From Candidatus Fimenecus sp. (GTDB lineage Bacteria; Bacillota; Clostridia; Oscillospirales; Acutalibacteraceae): 64,000 bases of DNA. The stretch covers positions 623-64,622 of the forward strand of contig JAZQMC010000001.1 in the NCBI GenBank assembly GCA_045543095.1, given 5' to 3'. Under the pieces are notes generated by a model. The model ran no database searches. It saw only the letters and a program-made list of their open reading frames with translations, and had not been told where the DNA came from. A program made the translations under genes and the position numbers. Below, in pieces: positions 38,512 to 47,682 of this stretch (positions are counted from its first letter, which is position 1; each line of letters opens with the position of its first letter).

Positions 38512-39108
38512 ATGATTAAAATAAACGAAGCGGTAATAGTTGAAGGAAAATACGATAAAATAAAGCTGTCGGCAATACTTGATACAGTAATCATTGAAAC
38601 CGACGGCTTTGCTATATTTAAAGATAAAGAAAAACAGCAGCTTATTCGTTTTTTAGCGGAAAAACGAGGAATAATAATTATGACCGACTCCGACTCGGCA
38701 GGCTTTAAAATCCGTAATTTTATAAACGGTATAACAAAAAGCGAAAATATTAAAAATGTTTACATTCCCGATATTTACGGCAAAGAAAAACGTAAAACAG
38801 AAGCCTCGAAAGAGGGCAAATTGGGTGTTGAGGGGATGAAAACCGAAATTATTATGTCCGCACTCACAAAGGCCGGAGTTCTGTGCTGCGAAAACAATAA
38901 AACTGAAAATCGCGAAATTACCCGAACAGATTTTTTTGAAGATGGAGTTAGTGGTCGCGATAATAGTAGTGAAATTCGTAAATCGTTGGCAAAAGAACTT
39001 GATTTGCCCGAAAGAATTTCCGCATCTTCGCTACTTAAAATCATCAACACATATTTAACTTATGACGAATACAAAAACGCAGTAAATCGCGTAAAATCTT
39101 CAAAATAA
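38512..39108 (+). CDS. Toprim domain protein (RNase M5-like / DUF4093)
   Basis: VIVEGKYDKIKL and IIIMTDSDSAGFKIRNFI Toprim motifs. ATG at 38512 after AAGGTGA. Confidence 0.65.
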   Translation: MIKINEAVIVEGKYDKIKLSAILDTVIIETDGFAIFKDKEKQQLIRFLAEKRGIIIMTDSDSAGFKIRNFINGITKSENIKNVYIPDIYGKEKRKTEASKEGKLGVEGMKTEIIMSALTKAGVLCCENNKTENREITRTDFFEDGVSGRDNSSEIRKSLAKELDLPERISASSLLKIINTYLTYDEYKNAVNRVKSSK

Positions 39109-39224
39109 ATATGTACAGAATGTAAAATTTAACAAACGCTATTCCTTTTTTCACGGTTTTATGATATAATTTTTTAGTTACTATTAAGGTGTGCCTATGC
39201 AAACCCGACACAGAGGTATTAAAT

Positions 39225-41000
39225 ATGACAAGAGAAAAAATTTTCCCTATTAATGAACCTTTTTACGAAATTCCACACATTACAACCTTTAAAGAGATGA
39301 TAGATAACAGTGAAAAGCTGTATTCATCATGTCCCGCATACCGTCTTCGCAATAAAGATGGTGTGTACTATGAAGTAACATACAAAAAATTTCGTCACGA
39401 TGTTTATTATTTGGGCAACAGTCTTATTAACGACGGCTATTCCCGTGCACATATTGCGGTTGTGGGTGCAAGCTCATATAAATGGGAAGTAACATATTTA
39501 GGTGTTGCTTGCAGTAACAATGTTATTGTCCCCATTGACAAAGAGCTTATGATTGACAATATGATGGATATTCTCAAAGACTCTGATGCAATTATGCTTT
39601 TCGGCGACAAGAAATTCATCTCAGCCATCTACAAGAGAAAAGAAGAACTCCCCGAGGGCTTCAAATTCTGCTGTTTTGACAATGTTGATATTGACGGTGT
39701 TCTCAAATATGACGATTATCTTCAAATAGGCAGAAACATTTATCACGATGGCAATAAAAACCTTTACGGTGTAACCGTTGATAAGGACGCTACCTCTGCA
39801 ATTCTTTTCACATCGGGCACAACAGGTGTTTCAAAAGGCGTGTGCTTAAGCCAGTATAACATCTGCTTTGATGTTACAAGCGTTTTAGGTGTTGTTAGGG
39901 TTAACCCTACCGATAGTTGTCTTTCTGTTCTTCCCATTCATCACACCTATGAATGTACAGTCGGATTTTTAGCATTCATCGCATCGGGTGCTTGTATTTC
40001 TTTCTGCCGCGGACTTCGTTATATTGTTCAGGATATGGCAGAGGTTAAGCCTACAATTTTCGTTGCAGTTCCTTTGATGATTGAGAAATTCCACGCGAGA
40101 ATTATGAAAAAAATCAAGGCTAAGAACGCGGGCAAAGTTATTTTTAAGGTAGGTAAATACGCTTCGCGTGCCGGTCGTCTTGTTGGTACAAACAAAGTTG
40201 GCAGAAGCCTTTTCAACGAGGTTATTCAGACCTTCGGTGGCAGACTTCGTTTGATTGTTACCGGTGCTTCAGCTATTGACCCCCGTGTTGTTGAAGATTT
40301 TATCACAATGGGTATTGATATTTACATCGGTTACGGTCTTACAGAAACTTCACCGCTTCTTTCCTGCGGTAACGATAAGCTTATGCTCACAAACTCTGTG
40401 GGCACACCAATTCCGGGTGTTGAAATGAAAATTCATAACCCTGACGATTTGGGTGTTGGCGAGATTTGGGCAAGAGGACCAATGGTTATGAAGGGATATT
40501 ACAAAAATCCTGAAGCAACTGCTCAGGTGCTCACTCCTGACGGCTGGTTTAAAACCGGTGACCTTGGCGTTGTTGATGAAAACAACTGTTACAGAATCAC
40601 GGGTCGTTGCAAAAATGTTATTGTTACTAAAAACGGCAAAAACATCTTCCCCGAAGAAGTTGAACTTTATCTCAACAATAATCCATTTATCGAAGAAAGT
40701 ATGGTTTATGGTGAAGAAAGCGGAAATGATGAAACTACTGTTTCTGCACAGATTTATCCTAACTATGAGATGATTAAGGAAAACCTTAAGCGTCAAGAAT
40801 TGACTCAAGAAGAAATACGAAACTTTATTGCAGACGCAATTAAAGAAGTAAACCAGAAACTTCCCAACTATAAAAAGATTATGAAGTTTGATGTACGTGA
40901 AAACGAGTTCATCAAAACAACCACAAAGAAAATCAAGCGTCAGGCAAATATTGACGAGCAAAAAGCGATTAACGAAGAAAATAAAGAAACAAAGGAATAA
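39225..41000 (+). CDS. AMP-dependent long-chain acyl-CoA synthetase/ligase
   Basis: AMP-binding motif ILFTSGTTGVSKGV, GYGLTETS and WFKTGDLG. I prefer the ATG at 39225 over the track start at 39189. Confidence 0.85.
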   Translation: MTREKIFPINEPFYEIPHITTFKEMIDNSEKLYSSCPAYRLRNKDGVYYEVTYKKFRHDVYYLGNSLINDGYSRAHIAVVGASSYKWEVTYLGVACSNNVIVPIDKELMIDNMMDILKDSDAIMLFGDKKFISAIYKRKEELPEGFKFCCFDNVDIDGVLKYDDYLQIGRNIYHDGNKNLYGVTVDKDATSAILFTSGTTGVSKGVCLSQYNICFDVTSVLGVVRVNPTDSCLSVLPIHHTYECTVGFLAFIASGACISFCRGLRYIVQDMAEVKPTIFVAVPLMIEKFHARIMKKIKAKNAGKVIFKVGKYASRAGRLVGTNKVGRSLFNEVIQTFGGRLRLIVTGASAIDPRVVEDFITMGIDIYIGYGLTETSPLLSCGNDKLMLTNSVGTPIPGVEMKIHNPDDLGVGEIWARGPMVMKGYYKNPEATAQVLTPDGWFKTGDLGVVDENNCYRITGRCKNVIVTKNGKNIFPEEVELYLNNNPFIEESMVYGEESGNDETTVSAQIYPNYEMIKENLKRQELTQEEIRNFIADAIKEVNQKLPNYKKIMKFDVRENEFIKTTTKKIKRQANIDEQKAINEENKETKE

Positions 41001-41005
41001 GCAAA

Positions 41006-41596
41006 ATGATTTTAGGTTATGATAATACCGAAAATTTTTCAAACGGTCTTAAAGTAATGGCTTTAATGGGGTCACCCCGTAAAAGCGGATACACCGCAAA
41101 GCTTTTAGGAACATTGCTTCGCGAATTTCCAAAGGGTACAGACATTGAGATTGTGAATCTTTATGAGCTTAGCCCCGTACCCTGCAATGCTTGTGGTTAC
41201 TGCAAAGCAGTTAATGGTTGTTCAAAAAAAGACCTTGAAGAATTCTTTAAGAAATTTGAAACGGCAGATGTGATTATATTCGCAACTCCAATATATTTTA
41301 TGGGTGTTCCCGCACCGCTGAAAGCACTCATTGACCGTTTTCAGCGTTATTATGAGGCTCGTTTCCGCAGAAATGTGAAGCACCCCATTGAAAAACGCAG
41401 AAAAGCCGCTTTGATTGTTACCAGTGGCAGTGACGGTGAAATCGGCTATGAGGTAGTTAAGCATCAGCTTCTTCAGGCATTCAGCGTACTTAATATAGAA
41501 TTGGGCGGTGCAATGCTCGCCCGCAATACCGATAAATGCGGTGTTGACAAAATGGACATAGAAAAAGCAAAATCACTTTATAGGAGCGTGAGATAA
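41006..41596 (+). CDS. flavodoxin-fold NAD(P)H-dependent FMN reductase / iron-sulfur flavoprotein (Isf)-like
   Basis: GSPRKSGYT flavodoxin-like loop plus the compact Cys motif CNACGYCKAVNGC. An internal start at 41057 is possible. Confidence 0.7.
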   Translation: MILGYDNTENFSNGLKVMALMGSPRKSGYTAKLLGTLLREFPKGTDIEIVNLYELSPVPCNACGYCKAVNGCSKKDLEEFFKKFETADVIIFATPIYFMGVPAPLKALIDRFQRYYEARFRRNVKHPIEKRRKAALIVTSGSDGEIGYEVVKHQLLQAFSVLNIELGGAMLARNTDKCGVDKMDIEKAKSLYRSVR

Positions 41597-41908
41597 ATGT
41601 CAGTTACAAAAGTTACTCTTGAAAACTTTGCACAGGAAGTGCTTAAAAGCGAAAAACCGGTACTTGTTGATTTTTATGCGGATTGGTGCGGACCTTGTCA
41701 GATGATGGCACGCGAAATTGAAGAATTCGCAGAAGAAACAACAAAAGTCAATGTTTGCAAAATTAATGTTGACGAATCAACAGACCTTGCGGTAACCTTT
41801 GGCGTTATGAGTATCCCAACAGTTCTTCTTTTTGAAAACGGTCAGGAAACAAAACGTTTTGTTGGTGCTAAAGAAAAAGACCAGATTGCAGAATTCTGCG
41901 GTGAATAA
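41597..41908 (+). CDS. trxA: thioredoxin
   Basis: 103 aa with active site WCGPC. Confidence 0.95.
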   Translation: MSVTKVTLENFAQEVLKSEKPVLVDFYADWCGPCQMMAREIEEFAEETTKVNVCKINVDESTDLAVTFGVMSIPTVLLFENGQETKRFVGAKEKDQIAEFCGE

Positions 41909-41922
41909 AGCACAAATAAGTA

Positions 41923-41950
41923 AAGGGGACTTTTACAGTCCCCTTTTTTC
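41923..41950 (+). terminator. intrinsic terminator after trxA
   Basis: Stem AGGGGAC/GTCCCCT followed by TTTTTT. Confidence 0.75.
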
Positions 41951-42114
41951 TATGTTTTTTGACAAAAAATAAAGTGTCTTTCAGACACCCAACATATTTA
42001 TAATATCAAAGATTTTAAGAAATGTCAATAGATTTTCAAAACTTTAATGAGCAAAATACACAAAATCTGCGAAATAAATAATAAAAAAGTGTTAACTTTG
42101 TACAATTTTACATA

Positions 42115-42143
42115 TTGCAATCTGTGTTTTTTCGTGTTATATT
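42115..42143 (+). promoter_or_regulatory. orphan near-consensus promoter TTGCAA-17-TGtTATATT
   Basis: -35 at 42115-42120 and an extended -10 at 42135-42143. 7-bp inverted repeat TCTGTGT/ACACAGA (42121-42127 and 42148-42154) brackets the -10. No protein gene lies downstream. Confidence 0.5.
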
Positions 42144-42149
42144 ATAGAC

Positions 42150-42562
42150 ACAGAAAGGAACTGGTGATACCAATGTACAGGTAAAAAACCAAAGGCTCAA
42201 AAAATAAAGCTTAGTTTAAAAGATTAAAACAGTGTGGCAAGCAGCACAGACGAAAGGTAAGTTTTTAAAAGAAAAACAAATTTATAATAGATTAAATGCT
42301 TGCAAACTAAAGTTTATTTTTTAAAAAGAGCCGACCTTACAAAAAGCCTTCAAAAATAAAGTTTCGAAACATGAAAGGGTCTCGCTTTTCGAGAATTATG
42401 ATGACTGTAAAAGTGTTGAACGGAATGAAAAAAGAGTGAAGGCAATTTTAAGAAAGAGAGGTAAATAAAAAGATGTTAGATATCAAGAGTGAACAGAAGT
42501 AACCCCCCGGTCCGTGAAAGGCGTGTAAAGAAACGTCGACCTTGGGGGTTACTTCTTTTTTT
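42150..42562 (+). ncRNA. candidate A-rich non-coding transcript of about 410 nt (unknown family)
   Basis: Bounded by the promoter above and a 13-bp GC-stem terminator. Contains only 3-22-codon ORFs. Carries internal direct and inverted A-rich boxes. Confidence 0.3.
42495..42562 (+). terminator. strong intrinsic terminator (extended stem-loop)
   Basis: AGAAGTAACCCCC (42495-42507) pairs with GGGGGTTACTTCT (42544-42556), with an inner GGTC/GACC, followed by T6. Confidence 0.7.
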
Positions 42563-42618
42563 ATGCGTTTTTTTAATTTGTGATTATTAGTTCGTCCTTA
42601 TGGGACGATTTTTTATTT

Positions 42619-43938
42619 TCAGTTGAATTTAGGCAAGTAATCACCGTGAGCAACAATCAAATCATCAACCATTTTCTTGATTGTATCAATATCAAGCTCA
42701 CTGCCTGTGTGTGGGTCAAGCATTGCAGCTTGGTAGATATGCTCTTTCTTACCTGTTACTGCTGCCTCGATTGTTAAGAGCTGAACATTGATGTTTGTCA
42801 TGTTCATTGCGGCACACTGCACGGGTAATGCACCCACGTGGCAGGGATGAACACCATAGCCGTTTACAAGGCAAGGCACTTCAACACAAGCATTTTCGGG
42901 CAAATTTGTAATAAGATGACCTGTATTTAATACATTACCGCCAATTTGATAAGGATTACCTGTTACCATTGCTTCCATAATTCTTGATGCATATTCTTCT
43001 GAACGCTGGTGCTCTTTAACACCTTTTTGGAGCATTTCAGCATATTCCTTTTTCCATCCCTCAATTTGATTTACGCAACGGCGTGGATATTCGTCAAGCG
43101 GAATGTTGTATTTTTCAATGAGTTCGGGATATTTACTCTTTATGTAGAACATATTATACTCAGCATTATGCTCACTTGATTCTGTGCAGTAATAACCAAA
43201 ATTCTTAATATAGTCCATTCTCACTTTATCATCTGCGTCGGGTTTAGCCATATATTCGTCAACTCTCGACTTTATTTCGGGGTACAAGTCAACACCGTTT
43301 TTGTCTTTGATTTCAAGAAGCCACGCCATGTGGTTGATACCTGCAATAAGCTCTTTTCTGCCGTCAAGCTTATCTTCCATATTAAGTTTTTTGAGCAACC
43401 ATTTTGAACAACCCTGAACACTATGGCAAAGACCAACAGTTTTAATCGGTGTATATCTCTGCATATAACCCGTAAGCATTGCCATTGGGTTAACATAGTT
43501 TAAGAAAAGTGCATCGGGACAAACCTCTGCCATATCATCAGCAAAATCTTTCATAACGGGAATTGTGCGAAGTGTACGCATAATTCCACCAATACCAAGA
43601 GTATCGCCGATTGTCTGTCTTAATCCGTATTTTTTGGGCACTTCAAAGTCGATAATTGTACAAGGGTCATAAAGACCAACCTGAATGGCATTTACTACAA
43701 AATTTGCACCGCGAAGTGCATCTTTTCTATTTTCAACGCCAACATAGCACTCAATTTTGCCATAGCCACCTTTTGCAGTTCTCATTGCCTCAAGAATTGT
43801 ACGGCTTTCTTCAAGTCTTTCTCCATCAATATCATAAAGTGCAAAGACGCTGTCACGAAGTGCCTCTGTACACATACAGTCGCCAATAACATTTCTTGCA
43901 AAAACAGTACTACCTGCTCCCATAAAAGTAATTTTCAT
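42619..43938 (-). CDS. melA: GH4 family alpha-galactosidase/alpha-glucosidase (MelA-like)
   Basis: 439 aa. N-terminal Rossmann MKITFMGAGSTVFARNVIGD closely resembles MelA. Also contains CHSVQG. Confidence 0.82.
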   Translation of the reverse strand: MKITFMGAGSTVFARNVIGDCMCTEALRDSVFALYDIDGERLEESRTILEAMRTAKGGYGKIECYVGVENRKDALRGANFVVNAIQVGLYDPCTIIDFEVPKKYGLRQTIGDTLGIGGIMRTLRTIPVMKDFADDMAEVCPDALFLNYVNPMAMLTGYMQRYTPIKTVGLCHSVQGCSKWLLKKLNMEDKLDGRKELIAGINHMAWLLEIKDKNGVDLYPEIKSRVDEYMAKPDADDKVRMDYIKNFGYYCTESSEHNAEYNMFYIKSKYPELIEKYNIPLDEYPRRCVNQIEGWKKEYAEMLQKGVKEHQRSEEYASRIMEAMVTGNPYQIGGNVLNTGHLITNLPENACVEVPCLVNGYGVHPCHVGALPVQCAAMNMTNINVQLLTIEAAVTGKKEHIYQAAMLDPHTGSELDIDTIKKMVDDLIVAHGDYLPKFN

Positions 43939-44075
43939 AATACTTTCCCTTTCTTAAAAAAACACTATAAAATAATTATACAATGTCTGTTTACCACTTT
44001 CAACCTTTTTTGTATTGAATTACATAGTGTAATATGCTAAAATTTTTAAAGGAACAAATTTGTGGAGGATTTATA

Positions 44076-45017
44076 ATGCATTTACTTAAGATTGACAAAA
44101 ATCATTATCAAGGTCAAGCCGACCCATATATTTTAAAATCAAACGGCAGATATTATATCTATGTTACGGGTCACGATGCAGTTTATGCCTATCATTCAGA
44201 TAATCTTTTTGAGGGTTGGGAATATTACGGTGTTGTTATGACGGTGCCGAATCACGATTCATTCTGGGCACCGAGTGTAATTGAACTTGACGGTAAATTC
44301 TATATGTATAACTCAATTGAGATTTACAACGATACACCCGACAAGGGCGGTCACAGAGGGGCTATGCACGTGTCTGTTGCTGACAATCCTCTCGGCCCTT
44401 TCACAGACACAAAACAGATTTTGCATCCATTTTCAATAGATTCTCACATTATTCAGAACGAGGCGGGTCTTTTCCTTTTCTATTCACAGAACAGATTTGA
44501 AGGCGAGCGAATAGGTACTTGTATTTATGTTGACAAAATGCTTGACCCGTTCACCCCCGCGGGCGAACCTGTATTGGTTGTTGAACCCACACTTGACGAA
44601 GATATTTATCGCCGTGACCGTTACAAAAAAGGTCAGCATTGGCACACAATCGAGGGTGCTTTCTACTTCAAAGAGGGCGATTGGCATTATCTTATGTACT
44701 CGGGCAACTGCTTTGAACAGCCCACATATTACATAGGCTATGCAAGAGCAAAAACCGATGAAACTGATTTGACAAAAATCAAATTTCAAAAATACCCCGA
44801 CGATAACACATACCACCCCGTGCTCCAGGCAAACGAATTTGAGGAGGGCACAGGCCACCACTCAATGATTAAGGAAGACGGTCAGTGGTATGCAATTTAT
44901 CACGCTCGTGATTATGGCGACAAGCTCAACGCCTTTGACGCGAGAAACGCAAGAATCTGTAAAATTCACGTTGAAGACGGCATAATCACCGCAGAGCGTT
45001 ACGAAGACCATATATAA
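44076..45017 (+). CDS. GH43 family glycoside hydrolase
   Basis: ADPYILKSNGRYYIY and FWAPSVIELDGKFYMY beta-propeller motifs. ATG at 44076 after GGAGGA. Confidence 0.8.
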   Translation: MHLLKIDKNHYQGQADPYILKSNGRYYIYVTGHDAVYAYHSDNLFEGWEYYGVVMTVPNHDSFWAPSVIELDGKFYMYNSIEIYNDTPDKGGHRGAMHVSVADNPLGPFTDTKQILHPFSIDSHIIQNEAGLFLFYSQNRFEGERIGTCIYVDKMLDPFTPAGEPVLVVEPTLDEDIYRRDRYKKGQHWHTIEGAFYFKEGDWHYLMYSGNCFEQPTYYIGYARAKTDETDLTKIKFQKYPDDNTYHPVLQANEFEEGTGHHSMIKEDGQWYAIYHARDYGDKLNAFDARNARICKIHVEDGIITAERYEDHI

Positions 45018-45023
45018 AGATTA

Positions 45024-45058
45024 AAGGACTGTATCAATTGATACAGTCCTTATTTTTA
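45024..45058. terminator. bidirectional terminator
   Basis: Perfect palindrome AAGGACTGTATCA-AT-TGATACAGTCCTT plus a T-run, between convergent genes. Confidence 0.7.
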
Positions 45059-46207
45059 TTTCATCAATTCTTCTGCAAGGACTTCAAGTTGTGCCATACT
45101 TTCGTCATTGAGTGCCGAAAGTATTCTCACAGTTGACTCAGTATAGGTTATATTTTTACTCTTTTCAAGCATTTTTGTCATAACCTTTGTTGCAACAGGT
45201 GCCCAAGAGCCGTTTTCGATAAATCCGATTGTGCGGTTTTTAAATCCACGCTCTGTAAGGTGATTTATAAATTCACGCATAAATGGGAAAACATCTGAAT
45301 TATAGGTGGTTGTTGCAAGCACGATTTTGCCGTATCTGAATGCATCTTCAACTGCCTCTGCCATATCGCATCGAGCAAGGTCATTCACAACAACTTTAGG
45401 ACACCCTTTTTCTTTAAGTAATTCAGCAAGTTTTTCAACTGCTTTTTTAGTGTTGCCGTAAACGGATGTATAAGCTATTACTACACCGTCACTTTCAACA
45501 CCATAGCTTGACCAAATATCATAAAGATTAAGATAATAACCAAGGTTTTCATTAAGCACGGGGCCGTGTAACGGGCAAATAATTTCAATATCGAGTGCAG
45601 ATGCTTTTTTTAGAAGTGCTTGTGTCTGTGCACCGTATTTACCCACAATGCCGATATAATAGCGTCTTGCCTCGCAAGCCCAGTCTTCTTCTACATCAAG
45701 AGCACCGAATTTGCCGAAACCGTCAGCCGAGAAAAGAACTTTATCAGCACTGTCATAAGTAACGATAACCTCCGGCCAATGCACCATCGGTGCGGTATAG
45801 AAAGTCAATTCGTGTTTACCGAGAGAAAGAGTGTCCCCCTCGCCCACTACAATTCGGTTATCTGCAAAATCTGTGCCGAAAAACTGTTTCATCATTTTAA
45901 ATGCCGCCGCAGATGAAACAATTTTTGCCTTTGGGTAAGCACTCACAAAACTTATAATATTTGCCGAGTGGTCTGGCTCCATGTGTTGCACAACAAGATA
46001 ATCAGGTTCTCTGTCACCGAGAGTATTTTTAATATTCGTGAGCCATCCGTCTTTAAAATTCACGTCAACAGAATCCATAATTGCAATTTTTTCATCAATA
46101 ATTGCATAAGAATTATATGCCATACCGTTTGGCACATCATACTGACCCTCAAACAAATCAATTTTATGGTCATTTACGCCAATATATTTAATATCATTTG
46201 TAATCAT
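45056..46207 (-). CDS. FprA-family flavodiiron protein (MBL-like plus flavodoxin domains)
   Basis: HMEPDH di-iron motif and a C-terminal flavodoxin domain. I prefer the ATG at 46207 (MITNDIKYIG) after AAAGGA. The track's longer N-terminus overlaps the upstream gene. Confidence 0.85.
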   Translation of the reverse strand: MITNDIKYIGVNDHKIDLFEGQYDVPNGMAYNSYAIIDEKIAIMDSVDVNFKDGWLTNIKNTLGDREPDYLVVQHMEPDHSANIISFVSAYPKAKIVSSAAAFKMMKQFFGTDFADNRIVVGEGDTLSLGKHELTFYTAPMVHWPEVIVTYDSADKVLFSADGFGKFGALDVEEDWACEARRYYIGIVGKYGAQTQALLKKASALDIEIICPLHGPVLNENLGYYLNLYDIWSSYGVESDGVVIAYTSVYGNTKKAVEKLAELLKEKGCPKVVVNDLARCDMAEAVEDAFRYGKIVLATTTYNSDVFPFMREFINHLTERGFKNRTIGFIENGSWAPVATKVMTKMLEKSKNITYTESTVRILSALNDESMAQLEVLAEELMK

Positions 46208-46223
46208 AAGAAATCCTTTCGCT

Positions 46224-47657
46224 TTAAATATCAAGAGTTGCAAGACCGCCCTCGCTTGTTTCACGATAAGCCGCGTGAATATCAAGACCGGTTTTTCTCA
46301 TAGTTTCAATAACATTATCAAGAGAAATTTTTCGGGTTTCGCTTAAGAAACTTGCAAGGTTTACCGCATTGATTGCTCGCATTGCGGCAACTGCGTTTCG
46401 CTCAATACAAGGGATTTGTACAAGCCCACAGATTGGGTCACAGGTAAGACCTAAATGGTGCTCAATTGCAATTTCAGCCGCGTATTCAATCTTACCTCTT
46501 TTAAGTCCGAAAAGTTCACCGAGAGCCGCTGAAGCCATTGCACAAGCAGTTCCCACCTCTGCCTGACAACCACATTCCGCACCTGAAATTGATGCATTTG
46601 TTTTAATAAGGTTACCGATAAGTCCGCCTGTTGCAAGTGCCTGTAAAATCTGACGGTCAGTAAATCCGTGTTTTAACTGCATATAGTAAAGCACTGCGGG
46701 AAGTACGCCCGATGCACCACAGGTGGGTGCAGTTACAATTCTACCGCCCGATGCATTCTGTTCGCTCACCGCGAAAGCATAGGAACAAACCTCACGGTTT
46801 TCGCGTGTTTCGGCACTCTCGCCGATATGCTCCATATTATAAAGATATTTAGCTTTTTTCTGCACTTCAAGTCCGCCGGGGAGCACACCCTCGTCCTCAA
46901 TACCGCGTTCAACAGCTTCTTTCATAGTTTTCCAAACTTTTGCGAGATATTCCCAGATATATTCACCCTCAACCTCATCGACATATTGCCAAAGACGATA
47001 TTTTTTCTCTTTGCAATAAGCCTTTATATCCTTGAATGTGCTCAAATTATAGACGATAGGTTCAGTGGCAGATTCACTACCCTCAAACTCAATTCTGCCG
47101 CCGCCAACACTGAATACACGGATAAAATCGGTCTGCTCACCGTTTTTAAAAGAATACAGTTCCATTGTGTTGGGATGGTCAATATCGGTTTTAAGATAAT
47201 CAAACTCCACTTTACAGGGTATTGGTGCTAAAGTGCTTTCAATAACCGTGTCTGTGCAGTGTCCCTTGCCTGTTTTTGCAAGTGAGCCGTAAAGAATTAC
47301 CTTGAATTCATCAGCATCGGGGTTTTTCTCTTTAAAAAGAATGCAAGCCTTTTCCGGTCCCATTGTATGTGAGCTTGACGGTCCTCTGCCGATTCGGTAA
47401 AGCTGATTGAGTGACTCCATACCGTTCATTTTTGCTTTTTCTTTTTTTGGTGTTTCCGCCTCAAAGAAAACATCCATTGACACCCCAAAAAGCTTTGCCA
47501 TTTTGTAAAAATCTTCGGCAGTGGGCACAGCTTCGCCGTTTTCCCATTGGGTAACGACATATTCGTCAGTATTCACTCTTTCGCCCAAAGACTTCTGCGA
47601 CATTCCCATTTTTTCGCGAAGTTCTGTTATTCTTTTTGAATAAATATCCTTTATCAT
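46224..47657 (-). CDS. XRE-type HTH domain fused to single-chain iron-sulfur L-serine ammonia-lyase
   Basis: The N-terminal region of about 70 aa, ITELREKMGMSQKSLGERVNTDEYVVTQWENGEAVPT, is HTH_3-like. YRIGRGPSSSHTMGP (SdaA beta-type N-terminus) and the alpha-domain Cys motifs (APTCGASG, CGCQAEVG, TCDP) follow. ATG at 47657. Confidence 0.75.
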   Translation of the reverse strand: MIKDIYSKRITELREKMGMSQKSLGERVNTDEYVVTQWENGEAVPTAEDFYKMAKLFGVSMDVFFEAETPKKEKAKMNGMESLNQLYRIGRGPSSSHTMGPEKACILFKEKNPDADEFKVILYGSLAKTGKGHCTDTVIESTLAPIPCKVEFDYLKTDIDHPNTMELYSFKNGEQTDFIRVFSVGGGRIEFEGSESATEPIVYNLSTFKDIKAYCKEKKYRLWQYVDEVEGEYIWEYLAKVWKTMKEAVERGIEDEGVLPGGLEVQKKAKYLYNMEHIGESAETRENREVCSYAFAVSEQNASGGRIVTAPTCGASGVLPAVLYYMQLKHGFTDRQILQALATGGLIGNLIKTNASISGAECGCQAEVGTACAMASAALGELFGLKRGKIEYAAEIAIEHHLGLTCDPICGLVQIPCIERNAVAAMRAINAVNLASFLSETRKISLDNVIETMRKTGLDIHAAYRETSEGGLATLDI

Positions 47658-47682
47658 AAAATGCACCCCACTGCAATTTTAT

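Noticed and set aside
40350-41042. 230-aa ORF antisense to the acyl-CoA synthetase gene
   Set aside because: It lies almost entirely within a well-supported AMP-ligase CDS on the other strand. Its F/L/N/C-rich composition is typical of shadow frames in AT-rich DNA. It has no SD and no recognisable domain.
42214-42230. GTTTAAAAGATTAAAAC, which looks like a CRISPR repeat (GTTT...AAAC ends)
   Set aside because: It is a single copy of only 17 nt, with no spaced repeats and no cas genes in the window.
42194-42332. Inverted repeats in the trxA-melA gap considered as an invertible DNA switch (inverton)
   Set aside because: The repeats enclose only about 90 bp. The promoter lies outside them, the arms are imperfect and A/T-rich, and no recombinase gene is in the window. 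RNA-level pairing is the simpler reading.
46208-46285. Track-predicted N-terminal extension of the flavodiiron ORF (MIFTRLIVKQARAVLQLLIFKAKGFL)
   Set aside because: It overlaps the 3' end of the upstream serine dehydratase gene. A proper SD (AAAGGA) precedes the internal ATG at 46207, which gives the canonical FprA N-terminus.
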